From IMG/VR virus record IMGVR_UViG_3300014656_000110, positions 1-26,705 of that record: 26,705 nt of DNA. The stretch is one strand, 5' to 3'. This document shows, in pieces, positions 18,068-25,483 of this stretch. Position 1 is the stretch's first letter. The number at the start of each line of letters is the position of its first letter. The notes under the pieces were generated by a model, which was not told the DNA's origin, did no database searches, and saw nothing but the letters and a program-made list of their open reading frames with translations. Source of the DNA: a virus (taxonomy: Duplodnaviria; Caudoviricetes). The translations under genes and the position numbers were made by a program.

Positions 18068-18234
18068 TGGTTGGACAATCCCTCCCCGTGTATTTTGACG
18101 ATCTGAGCATTGAGGCTCAACAAAAAATAGAAAAAATGTTCGGGACAACCCCTGAACGTGAATTATGGGACTTGTTTCCTTTGGTCATACTCCAAAGGGA
18201 AGCAGCTCCAAAGGAAAAAAAATTATGCTCTTAA
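18067..18234 (+). CDS. 55-aa hypothetical protein (MVGQSLPVYFDDLSIEAQQKIEKMFGTTPERELWDLFPLVILQREAAPKEKKLCS)
   Basis: SD GGAGGT; TAATG overlap with the upstream stop; not in the ORF track. Confidence 0.7.
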   Translation: MVGQSLPVYFDDLSIEAQQKIEKMFGTTPERELWDLFPLVILQREAAPKEKKLCS

Positions 18235-18818
18235 CTTGTGATGTGGCCTTCTCTAATCTTGGATGGGTTACCATAGAAGGCGGTAAACCGGTGGCTTGCG
18301 GAGTTATTGAAACGGAAAAAACCAAACGGAAAGGTATACTGGTTTCCAACGATTATTATAGCCGTTCAGCAAAAATTACGACTGAGCTGGATGAAGTAAT
18401 TAGAACATATGGTGTGAAAGGCCTCCTGGGGGAATTGCCGTCTGGTGGTGCCAAAAGCTCCAGGGCAGCAATTCAGATGAACATGGCAACCGGGCTCATA
18501 GCATCAATTTGTACCTTGAAAAAGATACCGGCTGAATTTTGTACTCCAAACGATGTTAAGCGGGTAACCATCGGAAGTTGTACTGCCACTAAACCTGAAA
18601 TCATGGATTTTATCATTAAAACTTTTTTGGAAAAAAAGACTGGGAAAAAGGTCAAATGCAAAAAGTCTGCAAAAAGCCCGGAAGGCGTAAGAACAGATTA
18701 CACCTACCATTTTGCCGGTCAAAAATTTGGAGCCGGTAAATTTGAACATATTGCCGATGCCATGGGTGTTTGGATGTTCCTGAAGGATAATGGCAATCTG
18801 GCAAAAATTTACGGATAA
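18225..18818 (+). CDS. ruvC: RuvC-like Holliday junction resolvase
   Basis: LTCDVAFSNLGW (first Asp), GELP (Glu), TPNDVK, ATKPEIM, HIADA. Start moved to the ATG at 18225 with SD AAGGA. Confidence 0.82.
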   Translation: MLLTCDVAFSNLGWVTIEGGKPVACGVIETEKTKRKGILVSNDYYSRSAKITTELDEVIRTYGVKGLLGELPSGGAKSSRAAIQMNMATGLIASICTLKKIPAEFCTPNDVKRVTIGSCTATKPEIMDFIIKTFLEKKTGKKVKCKKSAKSPEGVRTDYTYHFAGQKFGAGKFEHIADAMGVWMFLKDNGNLAKIYG

Positions 18819-18827
18819 AGGAGGTGG

Positions 18828-19325
18828 GTGATGAAAACAGTAATGCCGAAGCATATTACCGATGTCCCAGAGGCCCGTAAATGGATCGTAGCCGAAGCGA
18901 TAAAGATGAAACCTTGTAAGTGTCCTGTTTGTGGTCAAACGGTTAAATTATACCCCAGGAAATTGTCCTCTGCATTGGCATTGTTCCTGATCGCTATTTA
19001 TAACCTGACTATCATTATGGAGACTGAAGACCGGTGGGTTTGTGTTAGCCGGGACATGATAGACAAAATGGATCATCATATCAGTAAAGATTATTCTAAA
19101 CTTAGATTTTGGGGGTTATTGGAATCAAACCCCAAAGACCCTAAACAGTGGCGTCTAACCGGTGCCGGGATTGCATTTGTCGAAGGAAAAATGGTTACCC
19201 CGGAAAAGGCATATGTTTATAACAACTATTGTGTCCGGATGAGCGAAAACACCACTGATATAAAGACTGCCCTTGGGAGTAAGTTTGACTTAACAGAATT
19301 GTTATCTGAACGGAGAATAAAATAA
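18828..19325 (+). CDS. Hypothetical protein with CPVC knuckle and winged-helix-like C-terminus
   Basis: SD AGGAGG; CKCPVCGQ; KLRFWGLLE...WRLTGAG. Start is GTG 18828 or ATG 18831. Confidence 0.7.
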   Translation: MMKTVMPKHITDVPEARKWIVAEAIKMKPCKCPVCGQTVKLYPRKLSSALALFLIAIYNLTIIMETEDRWVCVSRDMIDKMDHHISKDYSKLRFWGLLESNPKDPKQWRLTGAGIAFVEGKMVTPEKAYVYNNYCVRMSENTTDIKTALGSKFDLTELLSERRIK

Positions 19326-19474
19326 TGTTTAACCAAATCACCATCAAAAATGAACAAGATATTTATGATGTTATCGACCTTCTCCATACCCGGGTCATTG
19401 ATAGCCTGGGGGAAGATTCACAGCTTCTCCCAGTTTTAGAAAAAACACTGGAGGAATTAGATGAGTTGGTTTAG
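19325..19474 (+). CDS. 49-aa acidic helical hypothetical protein (MFNQITIKNEQDIYDVIDLLHTRVIDSLGEDSQLLPVLEKTLEELDELV)
   Basis: TAATG overlap, upstream GGAG, fills the gap; not in the ORF track. Confidence 0.65.
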   Translation: MFNQITIKNEQDIYDVIDLLHTRVIDSLGEDSQLLPVLEKTLEELDELV

Positions 19475-19988
19475 CGATGTGGTCAAAAAGACCGGATCAA
19501 TGACCATTGCAGAGTACAATGAAGGCCGTCCTGAAGACATGAAAATAAAAATCCGTAGGGAAGCAGAAGACAGAATGGAATTTGAACGGGATCGCCAATG
19601 TGTCGTGTTGAGCATTTCAAAGAAGCTGATATACAATGATCCGCTTTTATATCAGTTTTTATCACTTGTTGAAAGTGCCACCGGCCATATTTCCGAACCA
19701 AAGATTGACTCAGAAACTCGAAATTGTTTATCAAACCATTTGGCCGAAAAGTATGGCCTTCCCGAAGATTCGAGATTGATTGAATGGACAGAAGCAATAG
19801 ATACGGATCAGGTTGATTTTTTAATGCAGAATGATTCATTCAGACCGATACCTTTGGGGGAACGTTTTCCATCTTGGAAGGATCTTGTCACACCGGAACT
19901 GATTGAGATGCCCAAATTCAAGGGACAAGGTTCTCCTGGTGGATCGAGACCAACAATAAAAAAACGAAAAGCAACATTCGAAATATAA
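19461..19988 (+). CDS. Hypothetical protein
   Basis: SD GGAGG; operonic; ends TIKKRKATFEI. Confidence 0.75.
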   Translation: MSWFSDVVKKTGSMTIAEYNEGRPEDMKIKIRREAEDRMEFERDRQCVVLSISKKLIYNDPLLYQFLSLVESATGHISEPKIDSETRNCLSNHLAEKYGLPEDSRLIEWTEAIDTDQVDFLMQNDSFRPIPLGERFPSWKDLVTPELIEMPKFKGQGSPGGSRPTIKKRKATFEI

Positions 19989-20000
19989 AGGAGATACGTC

Positions 20001-20534
20001 ATGGGTAAGAAAGAGAAACCAATTTTGTGTCTGATCGATGCACAAAATATTTATTATACGCCGAAACACTTTTATAATTCAGCGATAGATTTTAAAAAAC
20101 TGTATAATCGTTTGAGGGCAAAAGCCGGCCAGTCAATATATGTGATCATTTATTTGGTTGCCGATGCCGTAATTGATCAAGTTCAGTTCCTTAATGTTCT
20201 CCATAAAATTGGGTACCACACCAGGCTTAAACTGATGAGGTACGAAAAAGGCCATTCTCAGAACACAAACTGGGATGAGGAAATGATTGTGGAAGGAATG
20301 GAATTGATGCCGTTTTATTCGGGCCTTGCCCTTGTATCGGGTGATCACGGATTTATTCCGATGTTGAATAAATGGTCGGCTGCTAACAAGTCCACAAAGA
20401 TTCTTTCTTTTGAAAGGGACATGTCGTTTAAGCTTGTCCAGAGCGAACATCCAACCGATTTCCTTGGTCAGGATGTTATCCGTCAGAACTGTGAATTACA
20501 AAGCTCAAAAACTTTTCAAAATAACAGTAAATAA
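20001..20534 (+). CDS. NYN/LabA-like (PIN fold) domain protein
   Basis: LIDAQNI, central WD, LVSGDHGF; SD AAGGAG. Confidence 0.8.
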   Translation: MGKKEKPILCLIDAQNIYYTPKHFYNSAIDFKKLYNRLRAKAGQSIYVIIYLVADAVIDQVQFLNVLHKIGYHTRLKLMRYEKGHSQNTNWDEEMIVEGMELMPFYSGLALVSGDHGFIPMLNKWSAANKSTKILSFERDMSFKLVQSEHPTDFLGQDVIRQNCELQSSKTFQNNSK

Positions 20535-20538
20535 TTAC
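20524..20538 (+). promoter_or_regulatory. Conserved motif copy 5 (ACAGTAAATAATTAC)
   Basis: Overlaps the NYN stop codon at the head of the 250-nt region before nrdJ. Confidence 0.7.
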
Positions 20539-20707
20539 TTGATTTATAAAATCATACCTGCTATTCATGTGCTTCAATCGTCGGATGGCTACAATTGGTT
20601 GTGTCCCCCGATTTAAAAAACTACATGATGGGGGGTACAACATGAATAAAAAAATAAAACAACAATTCAAACCGTTTTATCCCCTATCAACTACAAACCT
20701 TAAAATA

Positions 20708-20760
20708 AATAATGGCCGGCCCCTGGTATACAAACCTGGGAGCCGGCCATTATTTTTTTT
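20708..20760 (+). terminator. Strong intrinsic-terminator-like hairpin just upstream of nrdJ
   Basis: AATAATGGCCGGC / GCCGGCCATTATT 13-bp stem with further inner pairing, followed by a T run. Confidence 0.75.
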
Positions 20761-20784
20761 ACTTTTTTACCGGGGGATTTTTAT

Positions 20785-23127
20785 ATGAAAGGATTGTCAG
20801 AAAATGCTATAAATGTTTATAAACGCTTGTATTTCAGTAAGATGTTGGGGGAAGGAAATCCCTCGGAAGTACACAATCGAGTTGCCGAATTCGCTTCAGA
20901 AGATGATTCAAGAAATTTTTCAAAAAAGGACCAAGAAAACCGTTTCTTCCAGATGATGGAAGATAACGAGTTCCGTCCTAACTCACCCTTTTTGATGAAC
21001 GCAGGGGTTGTTACAACCCCCCAGACTTCAGCTTGTTTTGTCGGGGCGCTCAGTGACTCCCTGGAGAGTATCTTTGATTTTGACCGTGAGGCCGGTTTTA
21101 TTTATGCACAGGGTTCCGGTCTGGGTGGAAATTATGGGACACTCCGTGAGATTTCTGCCAAATTATCCACCGGGGGAGAATCAAGTGGGCCTTTTGCTTT
21201 CATGAAAAAACTGGCTTCCACTGCTGAAGCCGTAAAATCTGGCGGAAGAACGCGCAGGGCGGCTCATATGGCCATGATGTTTGACCACCATCCGGACATC
21301 AAAAAATTCATCCATCTTAAAGACGGCAATGATCAAACCTATGCCAGCATGAATCTTTCCATCGCTGCTTCTGATGCCTTTATGGAAGCAGTTGTAAAAG
21401 ACAAGGCTTGGGCACTCATAAGTGTTGTTGATAAATCTGTCACAGAAACCATTCGGGCCAGAGAATTGTTTGATGACATTGTTAATAATGCCCACAAATG
21501 TGGAGATCCCGGATTTTGGTTTATCGATGCGGCAAACCGGGATAACACTTTAAAAGAGGTCGGTAGAATTGTTTCCACAAATCCGTGTGGAGAACAGGCC
21601 CTCCTTCCTTACCAGTCATGTGCCTTAGCGGCCATTAATGTGGCTAAATGTGTGTCACATATTAATCTTGAAGGCAAAACGGCATCATTCTTCAACTGGC
21701 AAAAGTTTGTTTCCCTTGTCACAGATGCCACTCGTTTTCTGGACAATAGCATTGATAAATCTGGTTACCCCACACCACAATATAAGAAAATGGCTATTGC
21801 CTCCCGTCCCATTGGTCTGGGTATTATGGGGTTCGCCGATGCTTTGCTTTTGTTGGGCTTTTCCTATGGTTCTGAAGAATCAATTGAATTCGGAAAAAAA
21901 CTTGCCCTCGGACTTACCCGGAGTGCAATCAAAGCATCTCTACAATTGGCCATTGAAAAAGGGCCGTTTGCATTGTGGACAAGTAACAAAAAAAGTGTTG
22001 TGGGTGTCGTTTCTCAATATTTTGATTCTGAAGATATAGATGATGCCAAGACCCTTGCCAACATTAAATCTTTCGGGGTTCGTAACAGTCAATGGACAAC
22101 GATTGCACCGACTGGTTCCACCTCAATATCTTGTGATTGTAGTCAGGGAATGGAACCGCATTTTGCCATTTGTTATGCCAAACTCCTTTCCGACTCCGGC
22201 GAAACCTGGAATTTTGCCCACCCACTTTTTACTGAATGGTACTCAGACCGAATTTGGTATAAAGAAGCCCTGCCGTTGATCACCAAAAATCATGGTTCTT
22301 GTCATGGTATTGAACTGATTCCCCAGGATGTCCGTAATTTGTGGGCTTGTGCGCATGATATTTCCTGGGAAGATCGAATCAAAATGCAGGCTGCCTTGCA
22401 AATCGGAATATCAAATTCGATTTCATCCACCATTAACCTTCCCAATGAAGCCAGTGCAGAAGAAATTGGGAAAATTTATATGACGGCTTGGAAATCTGGT
22501 TGTAAAGGATTGACCGTTTACCGGGATAGAAGTCTGGATGCCCAACCGATTTCCTTTGGTGATTCAAACGATATGTCGTTAAAAGAGATGCAAGAAAGTC
22601 AACCCATTCCCCCGGCGTTCTCCCGTGAACCCAAAAAGATCCGTCATGGTAGAACTCATGAAATCAATACCGGTCATGGCAAAGTGTATTTTACCATTAA
22701 TATGGATGAAGCCGGCAGGCCGTGTGAACTTTTCACCAATGGATCAAAAAATGGAAGCGTAAATGCAGCCAATTTGGAAGCAATGGGCCGTCTTGTTTCC
22801 AAAGCACTCCAAAATGGAACGCCAATCGTGGAACTGGCAAAGACCCTTGAGAATATAAACGATGGAACAAACGCCTGGGTGTATATCGATGAATCGGACG
22901 AAAGACCGGTCCGGGTGATCAGTATCCCAGATGCCATGGGGAAAGTTCTGAAGCGGTTTTATTGTAATGCCACTCAGGAAATGGGAATGGAAAACCCAGA
23001 AATTCAAGAGGTCCTTGAAAACGTGTATTCAGACGAGGAAGTTGCACCGTGCATAAAATGTGGTTCTCCGTTGTACCATCATGATGGATGTCTCTTTTGC
23101 CCAGAATGTGGTTCTCAATGCAGTTAG
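20785..23127 (+). CDS. nrdJ: Class II (adenosylcobalamin-dependent) ribonucleotide reductase with C-terminal TSCPD-like domain and Zn ribbon
   Basis: PNSP..MNAG, SACFV, TNPCGEQ, SCAL, GLGIMG, IAPTG, KGLTVYRD (no YY pair); terminal CIKC...CPEC; no small-subunit gene nearby. Confidence 0.92.
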   Translation: MKGLSENAINVYKRLYFSKMLGEGNPSEVHNRVAEFASEDDSRNFSKKDQENRFFQMMEDNEFRPNSPFLMNAGVVTTPQTSACFVGALSDSLESIFDFDREAGFIYAQGSGLGGNYGTLREISAKLSTGGESSGPFAFMKKLASTAEAVKSGGRTRRAAHMAMMFDHHPDIKKFIHLKDGNDQTYASMNLSIAASDAFMEAVVKDKAWALISVVDKSVTETIRARELFDDIVNNAHKCGDPGFWFIDAANRDNTLKEVGRIVSTNPCGEQALLPYQSCALAAINVAKCVSHINLEGKTASFFNWQKFVSLVTDATRFLDNSIDKSGYPTPQYKKMAIASRPIGLGIMGFADALLLLGFSYGSEESIEFGKKLALGLTRSAIKASLQLAIEKGPFALWTSNKKSVVGVVSQYFDSEDIDDAKTLANIKSFGVRNSQWTTIAPTGSTSISCDCSQGMEPHFAICYAKLLSDSGETWNFAHPLFTEWYSDRIWYKEALPLITKNHGSCHGIELIPQDVRNLWACAHDISWEDRIKMQAALQIGISNSISSTINLPNEASAEEIGKIYMTAWKSGCKGLTVYRDRSLDAQPISFGDSNDMSLKEMQESQPIPPAFSREPKKIRHGRTHEINTGHGKVYFTINMDEAGRPCELFTNGSKNGSVNAANLEAMGRLVSKALQNGTPIVELAKTLENINDGTNAWVYIDESDERPVRVISIPDAMGKVLKRFYCNATQEMGMENPEIQEVLENVYSDEEVAPCIKCGSPLYHHDGCLFCPECGSQCS

Positions 23128-23147
23128 CTTTTTTTTATCCAAATTCA

Positions 23148-23162
23148 ACAGTAAATACTTAC
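23148..23162 (+). promoter_or_regulatory. Conserved motif copy 6 (ACAGTAAATACTTAC)
   Basis: Intergenic, just before SD GGAGG. Confidence 0.7.
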
Positions 23163-23181
23163 TTTTATGGAGGATTTAATC

Positions 23182-23382
23182 ATGGCTGAACCCAGTAGTC
23201 CATGCTTAAAAGAGGGATGTTCTAAACGGAATAAAATGCTTTGTTCAGAAAGCTGCAAAGAACTGGCAGCCTACCAACGATATCTGGCACTCACACACGA
23301 CCGGTACTCACCACCATCCATCGATATGGCCGAATCATATGGTGGATCGCGTGAAATTGTAATCGATTTTACAAAATATTAA
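23182..23382 (+). CDS. Small 4-Cys protein
   Basis: SPC-x4-C-x7-C-x3-C; start moved to the ATG at 23182 behind GGAGG. Confidence 0.65.
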   Translation: MAEPSSPCLKEGCSKRNKMLCSESCKELAAYQRYLALTHDRYSPPSIDMAESYGGSREIVIDFTKY

Positions 23383-23394
23383 GGAAAAATAAAA

Positions 23395-24042
23395 ATGTCA
23401 AAAAAAGACAATGAAGTCGTTGTCGGAATCAGTGATCACGACCTGTTTGAAGAGCCTGGTGTTCGGTTTGCGGGATTTTTACCCCATGGGGGGATAGTTG
23501 AACATCTTATTGCCCAATGTGCAAAAAAGATGCGCTTTACGCCCCGTGGGCTTTGTGAAACTGACCTTTCTTTTAAACAGATCATTCCGTACTGCATGAT
23601 TACCCGGGGAGATGAAATATTTTCTTACCGTCGTCTGGGCAAAAGTGGAGAGAAACGCCTGGTCGGAAAAACTTCCATCGGCATAGGTGGTCACATGAAT
23701 CCCATCGAAAGCAAGGGTTTTGAAACCCTGATGAAAGAAAATATGCTTAGGGAACTCGGTGAGGAGGTGAATATCAAATCTCCCGGAAAAGGTGGGTTGA
23801 TGTCCTATGAAATTGTAGGGATGATCCATACCACTGATGATCCTGTCAGTTCTGTCCACGTTGCCGTTGTTTACCAGATTTTTCTACCTCCTGAAGCCGA
23901 AGTCAATGTCCGTGAGACTGAAACTTTGGTCGGTGAGTGGAAAACTGCGGAAGCTCTTTATGAAGATCCAGACAATCTTGAGTTGTGGACAAAAATATGT
24001 TTGGAAGAACATTTTGCCAAAATGAAACCAGATGAGGTCTAA
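23395..24042 (+). CDS. NUDIX-fold hydrolase (predicted MutT-family phosphoesterase type)
   Basis: KQIIPY, GEKRL, SIGIGGHMN, RELGEE. Confidence 0.85.
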   Translation: MSKKDNEVVVGISDHDLFEEPGVRFAGFLPHGGIVEHLIAQCAKKMRFTPRGLCETDLSFKQIIPYCMITRGDEIFSYRRLGKSGEKRLVGKTSIGIGGHMNPIESKGFETLMKENMLRELGEEVNIKSPGKGGLMSYEIVGMIHTTDDPVSSVHVAVVYQIFLPPEAEVNVRETETLVGEWKTAEALYEDPDNLELWTKICLEEHFAKMKPDEV

Positions 24043-24046
24043 ATTT

Positions 24047-24589
24047 ATGGCAAGACTCATAATTATTAATGGTGTTGCCCTGTCCGGTAAAGACACTTTT
24101 GCCGAATTCTTAAAAAAAATTTGTTCTGACACCGTTGAATACCACTCCACGATCCAAACGGTAAAGGACGCTGCCAAACACTTTGGTGCTGATGAGGAAG
24201 TGGCAAAAGGTGATGAAGAACGTTTGCTTTGGTGTGAGATGAAAGATCTTTACACTAAATATAATAATGGGCCTTTTAATGAGGTCTTGGCCCATATGGC
24301 CATGCTCGATGTTCCCGGGAAGCACCCAATACTAATTGCCATGGTCCGAGAGCCTGAGGAAATTACCAAATTAAAAAGAGCTTTCGGGCTCCGTTGTTTG
24401 ACCATATTGGTGACCCGGGCGGAAGATATTCATATACCGGATAATGATGCTGATAAAAACGTGGCAAATTATCCATATGATATCGAAATTAGGAATGACT
24501 CCAACCCCGAAACACTGAAGTTGAAGGCCAGAACAGTTGCCGATTATTTAAACGCCACCCGGGGCAAATTTCTCGACCCCTGGCTATAA
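24047..24589 (+). CDS. P-loop kinase, deoxynucleoside monophosphate kinase-like
   Basis: IIINGVALSGKDT, VREPEE, YDIEIRN; ATG at 24047 preferred (upstream GAGG). Confidence 0.7.
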   Translation: MARLIIINGVALSGKDTFAEFLKKICSDTVEYHSTIQTVKDAAKHFGADEEVAKGDEERLLWCEMKDLYTKYNNGPFNEVLAHMAMLDVPGKHPILIAMVREPEEITKLKRAFGLRCLTILVTRAEDIHIPDNDADKNVANYPYDIEIRNDSNPETLKLKARTVADYLNATRGKFLDPWL

Positions 24590-24609
24590 AAAAAATTTAT
24601 CTATCACGA

Positions 24610-24624
24610 ACAGTAATTAATTAC
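24610..24624 (+). promoter_or_regulatory. Conserved motif copy 7 (ACAGTAATTAATTAC)
   Basis: Perfect palindrome GTAATTAATTAC at 24613-24624 immediately before SD GGAGG. Confidence 0.7.
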
Positions 24625-24638
24625 ATTGGAGGTTTGAA

Positions 24639-24923
24639 ATGAATAGACAAAACAAACGGCAGGAACTACGGAAAGATGCAAAAAAACAGAAACAGACCGA
24701 AAAGAGCTTAACCCGGAAAGCCATAGAAAATAATATGAATGGCATGTCGGTCATTCTTACCCGGATGCAGATCGTCCAGGAGGCCATGCTTCAGCTTTGT
24801 TTCAAAAGAGAACTCTTTACCCTTGAAGAGTTCCAACAGGCAGCAGCCGAGTTTGATGAAAAAGTCTCCAAGGCAATAAAAGCCGAAAAAGCCAAAATCA
24901 ATACCGGAAAAGTCCTCTCTTAA
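24639..24923 (+). CDS. Basic helical hypothetical protein
   Basis: SD GGAGGT; MNRxxKR-type N-terminus common in phage proteins. Confidence 0.75.
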   Translation: MNRQNKRQELRKDAKKQKQTEKSLTRKAIENNMNGMSVILTRMQIVQEAMLQLCFKRELFTLEEFQQAAAEFDEKVSKAIKAEKAKINTGKVLS

Positions 24924-24927
24924 AAAC

Positions 24928-24977
24928 AAAATTACATGATGCCTAAACGCACCTTCCCCGGGCATCATGTAATTTTT
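24928..24977 (+). terminator. Terminator-like hairpin separating the replication operons from xis-int
   Basis: Perfect 16-bp inverted repeat AAAATTACATGATGCC / GGCATCATGTAATTTT. Confidence 0.7.
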
Positions 24978-25003
24978 CCTATCTATCCAACTCAACCTGA
25001 ATA

Positions 25004-25031
25004 TTGACAAAGTGTACAAGGATCTGATAAT
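25004..25031 (+). promoter_or_regulatory. Putative sigma70 promoter for xis-int
   Basis: TTGACA (25004-25009), 16-nt spacer, GATAAT (25026-25031). Confidence 0.55.
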
Positions 25032-25483
25032 TGAGTGAAGTAAGAAGTAACGAATTGGTAAAAATTGAAGACTTGGCCGTGATGCTTGGTTGTTCAATAA
25101 ATACCCTTTATAAAAACTGGAAACAATACCCGCATATATTTGTTGGTGTGGGCAAAAACTCAAGGTCGGCAAGATTTTTCCCGAATGATGTTTTCCAATT
25201 TTTAATTAACCGGGACTATACCTTAAAGCAAAATGCCCTATTACAACAAAAGGCTCGATTCTTGGACCGGTCAGGTGAAAAAAACATTCACTGTGGAAAA
25301 CTCCAATTTTCTGAAAGGCCAAAAAAATTGGACCCAAAAGAAAAACGACGAAGAGAAGTGGCTTTTCAAAAAAGAGAAAAATTACTTCGAGGATGCCCGG
25401 GCAGCGACAGTGTGGGAAAGCGACGAACTGGAGGAAGTTCTGATATTCCTCAACAATCCCTTGAGCAACTCTTGGACTTTTAA
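25031..25483 (+). CDS. xis: Excisionase-like HTH protein; start uncertain (TTG 25055 is plausible); tail overlaps int
   Basis: LVKIEDLAVMLGCSINTLYKNW...ARF MerR/Xis-type HTH and wing, directly upstream of the integrase. Confidence 0.7.
   Translation: MSEVRSNELVKIEDLAVMLGCSINTLYKNWKQYPHIFVGVGKNSRSARFFPNDVFQFLINRDYTLKQNALLQQKARFLDRSGEKNIHCGKLQFSERPKKLDPKEKRRREVAFQKREKLLRGCPGSDSVGKRRTGGSSDIPQQSLEQLLDF

Noticed and set aside
20540-20784. Canonical cobalamin riboswitch, or the 73-aa ORF 20567..20788
   Set aside because: B12-box and other conserved riboswitch motifs were not recognised; the ORF has no SD, a GTG start and runs through the hairpins.
4449-23127. Inteins or introns in DnaE, RecA or NrdJ
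   Set aside because: Core motifs follow at normal spacing; no splice-junction or homing-endonuclease motifs seen.
8742-24046. Longer N-termini in the ORF track (8742, 10730, 18165, 23167, 24032)
   Set aside because: Downstream ATGs have better SD placement and avoid overlaps; starts were moved to 8760, 10778, 18225, 23182 and 24047.
25195-25235. Programmed frameshift fusing Xis to Int at the T-rich run
   Set aside because: An in-frame TAA at 25224-25226 in the int frame lies between the run and the int ATG.
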